Notes: generated from the sequence alone by a model not told the origin. Shown: positions 49,820-60,433, numbered from the stretch's first letter. The stretch: 64,000 nucleotides of DNA from a bacterium (GCA_965204535.1 CBDBEV010000001.1:448001-512000), one strand, 5' to 3'. Numbers and translations: made by a program.

Positions 49820-50098
49820 ATGAGCAACGCGATTTCTTGTGAATGCAAGACCATCAAGCTGCAGGGTGAATTCGAAACGGCGGCCGGCGCCTGCAACACT
49901 GAGGTTCACCTGTCCGATGAGGACGCGGAGCGCTATCTCCCCCGAGATGAATCCCAGGAAAACCTGGTCATCTCGAAAGATTGCCGGATTCCCCCTCTCA
50001 CCAGCGTCATCCGCTACGGCGAGGGTTATTACGTACTCAAGAAAGGCCGGGTCATGCGGGAGGGTTTCAGCAGAACGCTTCCCGAATACAAGCAGTAA
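49820..50098 (+). CDS. hypothetical protein
   Basis: AGGAG RBS, 92 aa, upstream TTGACA; no recognised motif. Confidence 0.6.
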   Translation: MSNAISCECKTIKLQGEFETAAGACNTEVHLSDEDAERYLPRDESQENLVISKDCRIPPLTSVIRYGEGYYVLKKGRVMREGFSRTLPEYKQ

Positions 50099-50162
50099 AT
50101 GCGCCGGCGGGTTTCGCCGCCTTCCAGAAACCAATCGTCACCCAACCCCGAGGAGATGACCC

Positions 50163-50525
50163 ATGCGCGCCCAAAAATACAGTTGGGATGAGATGCCCGA
50201 GGAGGTCCTGAACGATACCTTATCGCGGAAGATGGTGGTGGGCGAAAAAGAGATGCTTTGCTGGCTCAAGCTCAAGCCCGGCTGCGTTGTGCCCCTGCAC
50301 AGCCACGAAAACGAGCAGATATCCCATGTTTTACAGGGTAAGCTCCGGTTCCACATCGACGATGAGACCGTGGATGTCGGGCCGGGCGAAACGCTCCTCA
50401 TCCCCCCGCACGTCCCCCACTCCGTGGAAGTCGTGGGCGATGAAACGGCGATTGACTACGACATCTTCAGCCCCATCCGAGAAGACTGGGTCGACGGGAC
50501 AGATAATTATCTGAGAGACGGCTAG
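50163..50525 (+). CDS. cupin domain protein
   Basis: PLHSHENEQ..G.L.F..PGE...IPP.VPH..DIFSPIRED. Confidence 0.92.
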   Translation: MRAQKYSWDEMPEEVLNDTLSRKMVVGEKEMLCWLKLKPGCVVPLHSHENEQISHVLQGKLRFHIDDETVDVGPGETLLIPPHVPHSVEVVGDETAIDYDIFSPIREDWVDGTDNYLRDG

Positions 50526-50676
50526 CGGGAAATTTCCGCAGGGCGGCCGGGAGGACAAAGGGTGCAGGGCGCAGGAGTGGCTCGGACTCGCACCCGGATG
50601 CTCCCCGCCCCCGATTTGCCGCCTGGCCAGGCAAACACGAATCAAAGAAAAACCCCAAAACGGCACTTTCTTTCAA

Positions 50677-50883
50677 TCCCAAGATATTGTATCCACAATT
50701 CATCGCAACACTATATATAGAATCTACGTAAATGATTGCTTTATTTGCGCTAATGCGGTTATCCCCATCTGGATAACCTGTGGGTAAAATCACCTTTTTA
50801 ACCCAATATATTGTGCAGTTATACGAAAATATACTATATTTTGTATCAAATTTCTTGACAGATCCAAGGAATCGGCTTACATT
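50677..50883 (+). promoter_or_regulatory. two pairs of NrdR-like boxes, four DnaA-like boxes and a sigma70 promoter
   Basis: NrdR-like 16-mers at 50677, 50708, 50801 and 50831. DnaA-like 9-mers (one mismatch each) at 50689, 50759, 50768 and 50779. TTGACA(50855)-17 bp-TACATT(50878). Confidence 0.65.
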
Positions 50884-50886
50884 GTT

Positions 50887-51190
50887 GGAGAAGGGTAGCA
50901 GAGCAAAGTCACTTCAGCACGAGTTCAGGTAGGCGCGTCCGCCCCTCATCTTCGCTGGAAAAGCAATTTTTGCAGGCAAGTCGTCGACGTTTTGCGTGAT
51001 GATTGGCGGAAGAGTGATCCCTCCGGGCATCGCCTGCCCTTTCCTTCCAGAGGATGCCCCTATCCTACCCAGGGGCCCCCACGGGGCCCCATAAATATGA
51101 AAAGCCGGGAAACGAGACCCTGCGCCGGACGCTTGCATGCGCCGTTCAGGACAAAAAAGCCCCCCTCGCCGTGAGGGGGGCATTCTTGTT
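50887..51190 (+). ncRNA. candidate structured non-coding RNA
   Basis: Lies downstream of the promoter with no credible ORF. 5' GGAGAAGGGUAG can pair with CUGCCCUUUCC (~51035-51045); further hairpins follow. Confidence 0.35.
51153..51190. terminator. intrinsic terminator of hflKC (possibly bidirectional)
   Basis: A6-GCCCCCCTC-GCCGT-GAGGGGGGC-ATTCTT. Confidence 0.75.
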
Positions 51191-51200
51191 CGTCGCGTAA

Positions 51201-52112
51201 TTACTCGGGTTTCTTCACGTCTTTGTTTACGGAGCCTTGCAGGAAGCGCAGGAAGTCACTGCTTGCGGGCAGCACGAGAGTCGTCTTGTCCTTGAGCGAG
51301 CCCTCATACACCTCCAGGCTCTTCAGGAAGGCGTAGAATTCCTCATCCTGCCCGAACGCCTTGGCGTTGATGTCGATGCTCTTGGCGTCGCCCTCACCCT
51401 TGATGGTCTGCTCTTTCTCATACGCTTCCGCGAGGAGCACGTCGCGCTCGCGGTTGGTTTCCGCCCGTATCTTCTCGGCCTGTTCTTTTCCCTCCGAGCG
51501 GTACTGGCGGGCGATTCTCTGCCGCTCGGCCCGCATGCGTCCGTAAATGGCCTTCAGGTTCTCGGCGGGCAAATCGGCGCGCTTCAAGCGAACGTCCACT
51601 ATCTGGATGCCGTAGGCGCGCGCTTTCTTGTCGCTTTCTTCTCTGACCTTGGCCATCAACTGCGCGCGTTCTTTCGCCACGATGTCGATCAAGTCCTTGC
51701 GCCCGAGTTCCAGGCGCAGTTCACTGTAGATAATGTCGTCGAGGCGGGCCTGCGCCCCCGTCTCGTTGCGCACGGTGCGCAAAAACTGCAGCGGATCAAT
51801 AATCCGCCAGCGCGAGAAGTTGTCCACCACCAGGGATTTCTTGTCCTGCGTGATGATCTCCGTCGGGTTGGAGTCGTATTCAAGCAGGCGGCGGTCGAAG
51901 AACGTGAGCTGTTCCACGAACGGCAGCCGGTAGTGGAGGCCTGCGTCCCGCAAGACGCGGACGGGCTTGCCGAACCGGGTGACGACCACCTGCCTGTCTT
52001 CACGAATCGTGAACAGAAGCGAATTGAGGGCGAATACAACTATCAGGATCAAGACGAACAAGGCGATCGTCTTTTTGGGCAATTTTCTGGCTCCGGCTTC
52101 TTCGGCGCTCAT
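51201..52112 (-). CDS. hflC: FtsH protease modulator HflC
   Basis: N-terminal TM, TQDKKSLVVD, DVRLKRADLP, RM.AER.R.A..RSEG, EFY.F.KSL. Confidence 0.96.
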   Translation of the reverse strand: MSAEEAGARKLPKKTIALFVLILIVVFALNSLLFTIREDRQVVVTRFGKPVRVLRDAGLHYRLPFVEQLTFFDRRLLEYDSNPTEIITQDKKSLVVDNFSRWRIIDPLQFLRTVRNETGAQARLDDIIYSELRLELGRKDLIDIVAKERAQLMAKVREESDKKARAYGIQIVDVRLKRADLPAENLKAIYGRMRAERQRIARQYRSEGKEQAEKIRAETNRERDVLLAEAYEKEQTIKGEGDAKSIDINAKAFGQDEEFYAFLKSLEVYEGSLKDKTTLVLPASSDFLRFLQGSVNKDVKKPE

Positions 52113-53155
52113 CGTTTCGTCACTCCTTCGATTCCATTGCCCCGAAGCGGGAGGATGGGCAGCACGCCGGATTTACCCTGATCGAGAATCACTTTGTCCA
52201 CGGTCGGCATCACCTCTTTCATCATCTCCAAGTAGAGCCGCTCGCGCGTAATGGCCGGCGCTTTTTTGTATTCCTTGAGCGTCGCCAGGAAGCGATTCGC
52301 ATCGCCTCGCGCGTGGCGGATCTTGGTCTCGCGGTAGGCTTCCGATTTCCGGATGATGGCGGCCACCTTGCCCCGCGTCTCCGGTATCACCTGGTTCTGG
52401 TAGCCCTGCGCCTCGTTCACGAGGCGGTTCCTGTCCTCACGGGCGCTGGCTACGTCCTTGAAGGCGTCGATGACTTCTTTGGGCGGCGTCACGTCCTGAA
52501 GCTGCACCGCCACCACGCGCAATCCGGTTTCGTAGCGATCCAGTATCTTCTGAAGCTCCACGAGCGTCTCTTGCTGAATCGCGCCCTTTCCGGTGGTGAG
52601 CGCCTCGTCGATGGGCTTGCTGCCCACCACCTGCCGGATGGCGGCCTCGGCCGCGTGCACCACCGTCTCCCTGGGATTGCGCACCTTGAAGAGATATTTG
52701 TCCGCCTCCACGATGAGATACTGGACGATCATGTCCACGTCGACCATGTTCTCGTCCCCGGTCAGCATTCTCGACTCGTGGGGTTTGTCCGAATATCTGG
52801 CGGGAGGACCCGGGTCGATGGTGCGGAAGCCGATCTCCACGCGCTTCACTTCCGTCACCTTCGGCGTGTAGGCGGTCTCTATCGGAAACGGCATATGGTA
52901 GTTCAAACCCGAGGACACCACCCGTTCGATGCGCCCGAACCGGAGAACGATCCCCTGTTCGTCCGGACCCACGCTGAAAATGCCCGATGCCAGCCAGATC
53001 AGGGCCACCACCACGAAAATGGCGGCAGAGGGAAGTTTGAAATTCGGCAGGCGGAACTGCGGTATCTTGATCTGCGGCGGTATGCCGCCGCCACCGCCTC
53101 CTCCTCCGCTGCCCCCTTGTCTTCTCGATTTGAACTCATCCCAATCCATTGGCAT
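52109..53155 (-). CDS. hflK: FtsH protease modulator HflK
   Basis: MLTGDEN, PPKEVIDAFKDV..ARED, A.G.A.RF, AP.ITRERLYLE. Confidence 0.96.
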   Translation of the reverse strand: MPMDWDEFKSRRQGGSGGGGGGGGIPPQIKIPQFRLPNFKLPSAAIFVVVALIWLASGIFSVGPDEQGIVLRFGRIERVVSSGLNYHMPFPIETAYTPKVTEVKRVEIGFRTIDPGPPARYSDKPHESRMLTGDENMVDVDMIVQYLIVEADKYLFKVRNPRETVVHAAEAAIRQVVGSKPIDEALTTGKGAIQQETLVELQKILDRYETGLRVVAVQLQDVTPPKEVIDAFKDVASAREDRNRLVNEAQGYQNQVIPETRGKVAAIIRKSEAYRETKIRHARGDANRFLATLKEYKKAPAITRERLYLEMMKEVMPTVDKVILDQGKSGVLPILPLRGNGIEGVTKR

Positions 53156-53261
53156 GAGCGTCTCTCCTATTGGCGACGTGTGATGTTTGGTCGGGAAGAG
53201 CGCGAAATGTCACCTCATCAAGCGCCCATCCGCCTCACCCTATGCGGGTTATGGATTGAAG

Positions 53262-54230
53262 TCAACCAACCCGAATTCGTTTTTGGCGCACTTGGCGCCG
53301 GTTTTCCAGGATTTGCCTGCGCGAGGGCAACCCGCCCTGCGCGCCGCGCTTTCTCACCGAACACGATCCGGCGCTGACGGCGAAGCGCACCGCTTCTCCA
53401 AACGCCGCACCCTCGGCCAGTTTCACCGCCAGCGCGCCGCAAAACGCATCGCCCGCGCCTGTCGTATCCACCGCCTCGACCTCGGGAGGAGGCCTCATCC
53501 AGGAGGCTCCTTCCTCATCCAGGAGAAATGCCCCTTTTTCGCCCGCGGTAATGACGACCTGCGAAGGCCCCAAATCCCGTAAAGCGCGCGCCGCGCGCAA
53601 GGACTCCGCATCGGTTTCGGGTATTTCCCCGAGTCCGGCCAGATGCGCCGCCTCGGTTTCGTTGGGTGCGAGCACGTCGGTCAGGCGGAGCAATTCATCG
53701 GGCAATTCCCCCGCCGCCGGAGCCGGGTTCAGGACATTGCAGGCGCCGCGCCTTCTTCCTCTTTCGAATGCGGCCATGACCGACGCGATCGGAACCTCGA
53801 GCTGCGCCAGAACGACGTCGCCGTAATCCAGAAGCCCTTGTCTTCTTCTCATTCGCCCGGGCGTGAGAAGCGCGTTTGAACCTGGGGCCACGGCGATTTG
53901 GTTCTCGCCTTTCGCGTCCACCACGATCAGCGCGGCTCCCGAGCTCGCCTTGCAACGCAGTATTCCACCGGACGATATCCCGCTCTCCGCCAGGTAGCGG
54001 CCATAGGCGTCTCCGCCCGCGTCGTTTCCCAGCATGGTGACGAAGCGAACCTCGGCGCCGGCGCGGACGGCCGCCAAGGCCTGATTCGCCCCTTTTCCTC
54101 CCCAGAACTCACGCCGCTCATCCCCCATGACGGTCTCGCCGGCGGAGGGGAGCCTGTCCACGCGAACGACGATGTCGATGTTCGAACTCCCCAGCACCAA
54201 AACGGCGCTCTTTTTATTTTTCATCGTCAT
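53262..54230 (-). CDS. rbsK: ribokinase
   Basis: GSSNID, GGKGANQA, LNPAPA, PNETEA, VDTTGAGDAF. Confidence 0.92.
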   Translation of the reverse strand: MTMKNKKSAVLVLGSSNIDIVVRVDRLPSAGETVMGDERREFWGGKGANQALAAVRAGAEVRFVTMLGNDAGGDAYGRYLAESGISSGGILRCKASSGAALIVVDAKGENQIAVAPGSNALLTPGRMRRRQGLLDYGDVVLAQLEVPIASVMAAFERGRRRGACNVLNPAPAAGELPDELLRLTDVLAPNETEAAHLAGLGEIPETDAESLRAARALRDLGPSQVVITAGEKGAFLLDEEGASWMRPPPEVEAVDTTGAGDAFCGALAVKLAEGAAFGEAVRFAVSAGSCSVRKRGAQGGLPSRRQILENRRQVRQKRIRVG

Positions 54231-55227
54231 CCCATCCGTGATACCTGCGCAGATGCGAGGTGAAAAACGCCAGAAAACCCTCCACATCCAGGTCCAGGGC
54301 CACGTCGACGGGGTTCTTGACCCGTGCGCCCCTGTATTCGCGCAGATCCACCACCGTCATTCCGCGCGCAATGCCTTTGCTTGCGTCCACGTCCACGCGG
54401 CAGGGGACGGTCTCCACCAAATCCGGCTTCATCGCGACGGCCAGCGCCAGGGGATCGTGTAAGGTGATGTCGTCGGCACCCCGCCGTTTCCGGGAGAACC
54501 GCGCGTAGACTTTGATGAGGTCTCTCAGCGCAGCGCGGAACGACCCGCCGCCCCCAAATTCATCGACGCTCATGAGCGCGCGCCTCGTCACGTCCAGACC
54601 CACCATGGTGACGGGCAGACCGGATGAGAACACCTCCTTCGCCGCCAGAGGGTCGCAATAGATGTTGAACTCGGCCGCAGGCGTTACGTTCCCGGGCATC
54701 CGGGCGGCTCCTCCCATGACCACAATCCGCTTCACGCGGGAGAAGACCCCGGGTGCGCGCCGGAGCGCCAGGGCCAGATTCGTGAGCGGCCCCAGCGTGA
54801 TGATGGTCAACGCCGAACCCCGCCTTGCGGCCTCCTCGACGATTACCTCCCAGGCCGGTTTCGAACCCCCCCCGCCCAGGCGGCGCAAGCGCTTTTTGTC
54901 GTCGAACATCGCTCCCATGCCCTCGGCCCCGTGAATCATTCGTGATTCGCTCCGGTTCAGGCGGCTCCCGTCCAGGGCCAGTGAGGCGCCCGGATAAACG
55001 GGAACTTCCGGAGCGTGAGGTTCGAGATGATCGCGCAGGAACGAGACGAGCCTCCTCGCGTTCCGGTAGGCCAGACGCGCGGAAACGTTGCCGTGCACGG
55101 TCGTCACGGCGTCATACCGGAAAAAAGGCGATGCGAAACCCATTGCCAGAGCCAGCGCGTCGTCCACGCCCGGGTCGCAATCCACCAAGGCGTAGGGGCC
55201 GTGAGATTCCCTTTTGTTATCCGCCAT
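54214..55227 (-). CDS. inosine-uridine preferring nucleoside hydrolase
   Basis: DCDPGVDDA, HG..G, GPLTN, MGG, AEFNIYCDP, LHDP. Confidence 0.94.
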   Translation of the reverse strand: MADNKRESHGPYALVDCDPGVDDALALAMGFASPFFRYDAVTTVHGNVSARLAYRNARRLVSFLRDHLEPHAPEVPVYPGASLALDGSRLNRSESRMIHGAEGMGAMFDDKKRLRRLGGGGSKPAWEVIVEEAARRGSALTIITLGPLTNLALALRRAPGVFSRVKRIVVMGGAARMPGNVTPAAEFNIYCDPLAAKEVFSSGLPVTMVGLDVTRRALMSVDEFGGGGSFRAALRDLIKVYARFSRKRRGADDITLHDPLALAVAMKPDLVETVPCRVDVDASKGIARGMTVVDLREYRGARVKNPVDVALDLDVEGFLAFFTSHLRRYHGWDDDEK

Positions 55228-55645
55228 CACACCTGACCTCATTCTCGTATGCGAAAACACGCCCCCCAACCGTCCGGATATCCGACTTGTATCTGCAAAC
55301 AACAAGGATTTGCCCAGTGATGCAACGTTTCTCACCTCTCAAGATTCGGCCGAGCAAGGCGAGACGAGAGCTTATCATTCAATAACAATAAATATATCAA
55401 TGAGTTAATCTTAATCGCCTATTATGTTTCATAATTTATATTATTGTCCCTTCTTTCATAAAATCAGATAATTCATTAAATTTCAATATGTTAGCTGGAA
55501 TTGCCCCTGCCGATAATTGACAAAGCGCCTGTTTTCATATACTTATGTCTGGTTTATAGAATTTGAGTTGCGCAGAATTACCCTTAATTACATGGTGCCG
55601 CAAATCTTTTGATCTCCACTCGAGAGGCTTCCCCATAGCTTAGAA

Positions 55646-57745
55646 ATGGCCAAATCCGCATCGTCTTCCACGACAAGAAGAAGAATTGTAGCCGCAATCG
55701 ACATTGGTGGCACGTTTACCGACATCGCGATTTACAATCCATCGAACGGAAAAACCGCTGTGGGCAAGTATCTCACGACGCCCAACGATCCTTCCATCGG
55801 CGCGCTTGCGGGTCTTCGAACGCTGCTCGACGAGGAAAGCCTGCGGTTCCGTGATCTCGGTCAGGCGATTCATGCGACCACCCTCGCCACCAACGCGATC
55901 ATCGAGAAAAAAGGAGCGGCCACCGGTCTTCTCGCAACGAAGGGATTCGCCGACATCTTGTTGATGGGCCGTGAATCCAGATATGACATCTACGATCTCG
56001 TGCCTGAATTCCCGGAACCTCTGGTCTCCGGGCCTTATCGCCGCGAGTTGACCGAGCGGATTTCCGCGACCGGGGAGATCCTCCAGCCCCTCAGCACCCA
56101 GGAGGTGAAGGTAACGATTCAGGAACTCGTGGAAAAAGGGGCGAAATCCATAGCGGTCTGTCTCTTGCACTCCTACGCCAACCCGGCCCATGAGACCGAA
56201 GTCGGCGAAGCGATAGCGCAATCGTTTCCCGATGTGAGCTTCAGCCTCTCTTCACAGGTTTGCCCGGAGATCAGGGAATACGAAAGGACTTCCACCACGG
56301 TAGCCAACGCCTACATACAGCCCATCGTCTCGAAGTATCTCGAAGATCTGGAAGTCAACCTCGAAAACGTCTCGCTCTACATCATGCTGTCGAACGGCGG
56401 CATCGCCACGGCGCAATCCGCCGGACGCAGTCCCATACGCATGTTCGAATCGGGACCTGCGGCGGGAGCGCTCTCCTCGGCCTATTTCGGGAAACTCGGC
56501 GGATTCGAGAATCTCATCGCCTTCGACATGGGCGGCACCACCGCCAAATCCTGCATCATCGAGAACGGCGAACCCCACCTGTCCGTCCAATTCGAGATTG
56601 CGCGCGTCAAGCGCTTCACCAAGGGCAGTGGAATGCCCATCCAGGTGCCGTGCATCGATCTCATCGAAGTCGGCGCCGGAGGAGGCAGCATCGCGCGAAT
56701 CGACGATCTGGGGCTGCTCAAGGTCGGTCCCGAGAGCCAGGGCGCATCCCCCGGACCCGCCTGCTACGGCCTGGGCGGAGAGGAGCCCACGGTGACCGAC
56801 GCCAACCTGCTTCTCGGCTACATCAATCCCGATTATTTCCTGGGTGGCGAGATGCCGGTTTTCCCCGAGGCGGCATCCGAAGCCATTCGCACCAAGATCG
56901 CCGAGCCGATGAAGATCGAGGAGATCCAGGCGGCTTGGGGCATTCATGAACTTGTGAATGAAACAATGGCCGCCGCCGCGCGCATCAAGCTCTCGGAGCG
57001 CGGAAAAGACCCCCGCAACTTCACCCTCATGGCCACCGGCGGCGCGGGACCCGTTCACGCCTTCCGGCTTGCGCGCAAGGTGGGGCTCAAGCGCATCGTC
57101 TGCCCGCCGGGCGCGGGATTGGCTTCCAGCCTGGGGCTCCACACCGTCCCCTTCAAGGTGGACACCGTGGACAGCCAGGTGATGCCGCTCGAAGACGTGA
57201 ACCTCACCAAACTGAACGACACGTTCAACCGTCGGGAAAAGCGGCTTCGCCAGGTCCTCACCGACGCTGGTGTGAGGGAACGCGAAATCCGGATTCAGCG
57301 TATGGCGGACATCAGCTTCGAGGGGCAGGGCTTCCCGCTGACCATTCCCATACCGAGCGGAAAACTGACGCGAAACCATTTTGGAGAAATCAGCGAAACC
57401 TATCGCGAACACTACGCCTCGGCACATGGGCGCGCCATCGACGAAGTGCCGCTTCAGGTGTTCGGCTGGCGAATCTTCGGTATGGGGCCGGAACCCAACG
57501 TGCGTTTTGATTTCTCGAATCTACCCGAAACGGAAGTGAAAAACGCCCTGAAGGGCAACCGGCGCATCTACATGCCGGAAAACAAGGGATTCCGGAAAGT
57601 GAATATCTTCGACCGCTATCTGTTGAAACCGGGACAGAAGACCAAGGGGCCGGCGTTGGTGGAAGAGAAAATGACGACGACCGTCATCGGGCCGCGCTCG
57701 AACTTCCAGGTCGATAAATTCCAGAACCTGATCATCGAACTCTAG
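55646..57745 (+). CDS. hydantoinase A / 5-oxoprolinase ATP-binding subunit
   Basis: DIGGTFTD, HATTLATN, ESGPAAG, DMGGTT, GAGGGSIA, PTVTDAN, GGAG. Confidence 0.95.
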   Translation: MAKSASSSTTRRRIVAAIDIGGTFTDIAIYNPSNGKTAVGKYLTTPNDPSIGALAGLRTLLDEESLRFRDLGQAIHATTLATNAIIEKKGAATGLLATKGFADILLMGRESRYDIYDLVPEFPEPLVSGPYRRELTERISATGEILQPLSTQEVKVTIQELVEKGAKSIAVCLLHSYANPAHETEVGEAIAQSFPDVSFSLSSQVCPEIREYERTSTTVANAYIQPIVSKYLEDLEVNLENVSLYIMLSNGGIATAQSAGRSPIRMFESGPAAGALSSAYFGKLGGFENLIAFDMGGTTAKSCIIENGEPHLSVQFEIARVKRFTKGSGMPIQVPCIDLIEVGAGGGSIARIDDLGLLKVGPESQGASPGPACYGLGGEEPTVTDANLLLGYINPDYFLGGEMPVFPEAASEAIRTKIAEPMKIEEIQAAWGIHELVNETMAAAARIKLSERGKDPRNFTLMATGGAGPVHAFRLARKVGLKRIVCPPGAGLASSLGLHTVPFKVDTVDSQVMPLEDVNLTKLNDTFNRREKRLRQVLTDAGVREREIRIQRMADISFEGQGFPLTIPIPSGKLTRNHFGEISETYREHYASAHGRAIDEVPLQVFGWRIFGMGPEPNVRFDFSNLPETEVKNALKGNRRIYMPENKGFRKVNIFDRYLLKPGQKTKGPALVEEKMTTTVIGPRSNFQVDKFQNLIIEL

Positions 57746-57758
57746 GAGAGATTCCAAC

Positions 57759-59420
57759 ATGGCCCGCAAGGGTATCGATTCCATTACCCTGGAAGTCCTC
57801 TGGAACCGCTTCATCGCCATCGCCGAGGAAGCGGCCACCGAGATCGTCCGCACCGCTTTTTCGACCACGATACGCGAATCGAGAAATTTCTCCGTCATCA
57901 TATTGAACCCCAATGGACAGTCCATCGCCCAGGCCAGGTCCACCATGCCCAGCTTCGTGGGCGCGTTGCCGATTACAGCCAAAAAACTTCTTCAGATTTT
58001 CCCGCAGGACACGTTTGAACCCGACGATCTCATACTCACGAACGACCCGTGGATGGGAACCGGTCACCTCCAGGATCTCACTTCGCTCACGCCGGTGTTC
58101 TACAAATCGAAGCTTGTCGCTCTCATCGGCATCACCACCCAGGTGACGGACATGGGGGGAAAACTGCGTTCCCCCGAGGTGCGCGAGATTTACGAAGAAG
58201 GCCTCCAGCTCCCGCCCTGCAAGTACATGTCGGCGGGCCAGATCAACGAAGATATTCTGCGCATCATCAGAAAAAACGTGCGCGTGCCGAACCAGGTGGA
58301 GGGAGACATGATCTCCCACATGTCCGCCGGGAGGCTCGCCGCCCGGCGCATCGGCGAGATGCTCGAAGAATACAAACTCGCCGACCTCGAGGCGCCGGCC
58401 ACCACGATCTTCCAGCGTTCCGAAAACGCCATGCGCGAGGCCATCAAGAAAGTGGAGGACGGGGAATACCGCTTCCAGGTATCCACCGACGGATACGACG
58501 AGCCGCTCGTCATCCGCGTGGAGGTCAAGGTGCGCGGCAGCAGCATTCTGGTGGACTATACGGGGTCATCCCCTCAGGTCGACCGCGGCCTGAACGCCGT
58601 TTTGAGCTACGTCTATTCCTATTCCGCCTATTCGCTCAAGTGTCTGTTCTGTCCGCAGATTCCCAACAACGAGGGCAACTTCCGGCCCGTGACGGTATCG
58701 GCGCCCGAGGGCAGCATCCTGAATCCGCGTTATCCGGCCCCCGTGAACGGCCGCTCCATGGTGGGGCACTTCATTCCCTCGGCCATTTTCGGCGCGCTGT
58801 GCAAGGCGGTTCCCAATCTCGTGCAGGCGGCCAGCGGCAGCCCCACGTGGGCCATCAACGCGGCGGGCATCACCAAGGAGAGCAGGCGCTTCGCCGGCAA
58901 TTTCTTTCTCCACGGAGGACAGGGCGCGACGGACAGACACGATGGGCGCGTATGTCTCGATTTCCCCTCGAACACGTCGAACACGCCCATCGAAATCCTG
59001 GAGCACCTCGTGCCCCTGCTGGTGGAGCGAAAGGCGTCCATCAGGGACAGCGGCGGCTCGGGCAAGTACGCCGGCGGGAACGGCCAGCAGGTCATCGTGA
59101 AATCGCTCTCCGACGGACCGATTCTCCTCACCTTCATGAGCGAGCGCACACGGCATCCCGCCTACGGACTGTTCGGCGGAAAAAACGGGCGCGTCGGCAA
59201 GGTGACCCTGAACGGCCGCCCCATCAACCCCAAGCGCCAATGGGTGATGAACCAAAGCGACAGGCTCGTGCTCGAAGTGCCGAGCGGGGGTGGTTACGGC
59301 GACCCGAAGGACCGCTCCTTCTACTCCATCGAACGCGACCTGCAGGAAGGGCTGCTCTCCGTACAAAAAGCCAGAGCCGAATACAACTACGACGGCGATT
59401 TCACCGCCGTCGACATGTAG
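57759..59420 (+). CDS. hydantoinase B / 5-oxoprolinase subunit
   Basis: RTAFS..IRE, NDPW.G.GH..D, EG...P, N.R, DSGG.G..GG.G, GGGYGDP. Confidence 0.95.
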   Translation: MARKGIDSITLEVLWNRFIAIAEEAATEIVRTAFSTTIRESRNFSVIILNPNGQSIAQARSTMPSFVGALPITAKKLLQIFPQDTFEPDDLILTNDPWMGTGHLQDLTSLTPVFYKSKLVALIGITTQVTDMGGKLRSPEVREIYEEGLQLPPCKYMSAGQINEDILRIIRKNVRVPNQVEGDMISHMSAGRLAARRIGEMLEEYKLADLEAPATTIFQRSENAMREAIKKVEDGEYRFQVSTDGYDEPLVIRVEVKVRGSSILVDYTGSSPQVDRGLNAVLSYVYSYSAYSLKCLFCPQIPNNEGNFRPVTVSAPEGSILNPRYPAPVNGRSMVGHFIPSAIFGALCKAVPNLVQAASGSPTWAINAAGITKESRRFAGNFFLHGGQGATDRHDGRVCLDFPSNTSNTPIEILEHLVPLLVERKASIRDSGGSGKYAGGNGQQVIVKSLSDGPILLTFMSERTRHPAYGLFGGKNGRVGKVTLNGRPINPKRQWVMNQSDRLVLEVPSGGGYGDPKDRSFYSIERDLQEGLLSVQKARAEYNYDGDFTAVDM

Positions 59421-59428
59421 TTCTCCCG

Positions 59429-60433
59429 ATGCCTTCGAAAAAACGGTGGGCCGCCGTCACCTCCACACCCGATTTGCCGGTCGCCATGGCGCCCGTGAAA
59501 AGGGCGATGGCGGGCGTCGCGCCCGTCCGCGCCGTGGCGCTGCCATTCAGACCCCTGGACAAGGCGGAAGAAAACGCCTTCGCCGGGAAGCTGCGAGGCG
59601 CGGAGGGGATTCTGCTGCGCCCGGGCTACATCACCGCCTCCTTGCTTGACCTGCTGCCGGACCTGCGGGTCGTGGCGGTGCACGGCGCGGGCGTGGACCA
59701 GGTTGACGTGGCGGCCTGCACGGAGCGCGGCGTACTCGTCACCAACACGCCGGGGGCCAACGCGAACGCCGTGGCCGAACTGACGATTGCGTTGATCCTT
59801 TCTCTGGCCAGACGCATTCCACAGGCGGCCGCCCGGGTGGAAGCGGAGCGGGTATGGGGCGAGGCGCGCCACACGGGTTTGGAACTCAAGGGAAAAACGC
59901 TGGGGCTCATCGGGGCCGGACAAATCGGGAGCCGGCTCGCGAAAATGGCGCTTGGGATGGGCATGAAGGTCCTCGCCCATGACCCGGGCGTGAGGAGCGA
60001 GGACATCAGGGCGCGCGGCGCAAGACCCGCGCGATTCGAGACCCTCCTGGGACGTGCCGATTTCATCTCGCTTCACGCGCCGCTCACGCCCGAGACCCAT
60101 CACCTGATCGACAGGCGGGCGATCTCGAAAATGAAAAAAGGCGCGTTTCTCGTGAACGCCGCGAGGGGCCCGCTGGTGGATGAGGCGGCGCTGGCGCGCG
60201 CGCTGGGGAGCGGCAAAATCGGCGGAGCGGCCCTCGACGTGCTCGAAGGCGAACCGCCCGATCCCGAAAGCCCCATCTTCGATGCGCCCAACCTCATCCT
60301 CACGCCGCACATGGCGGGTTCCACGCACGAGTGTCTCGAAGCCATCGCCGCGTGGGCCGGGGAGGACATCGCCCGCGTCCTGAGCGGCAAGAAGCCGAAA
60401 TATCCGGTGAACGAACCCGGGAAACCCGCCTGA
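59429..60433 (+). CDS. D-isomer-specific 2-hydroxyacid dehydrogenase (SerA-like)
   Basis: G.GVD, NTPGAN..VAE, GAGQIG, LHAPLT, VNAARG, ALDV..EP, TPHMAGST. The true start is probably MPSKK. Confidence 0.92.
   Translation: MPSKKRWAAVTSTPDLPVAMAPVKRAMAGVAPVRAVALPFRPLDKAEENAFAGKLRGAEGILLRPGYITASLLDLLPDLRVVAVHGAGVDQVDVAACTERGVLVTNTPGANANAVAELTIALILSLARRIPQAAARVEAERVWGEARHTGLELKGKTLGLIGAGQIGSRLAKMALGMGMKVLAHDPGVRSEDIRARGARPARFETLLGRADFISLHAPLTPETHHLIDRRAISKMKKGAFLVNAARGPLVDEAALARALGSGKIGGAALDVLEGEPPDPESPIFDAPNLILTPHMAGSTHECLEAIAAWAGEDIARVLSGKKPKYPVNEPGKPA

Noticed and set aside
55424-55451. dif-like site (AGGGACAATAA-TATAAA-TTATGAAACAT on the minus strand)
   Set aside because: The XerD arm matches only 8/11 and it lies in an AT-rich divergent promoter region; too weak to call.
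58049-59428. 794-aa ORF suggesting a long N-terminal fusion to the dehydrogenase
   Set aside because: The extension overlaps hydantoinase B in another frame; the plausible start is 59429.
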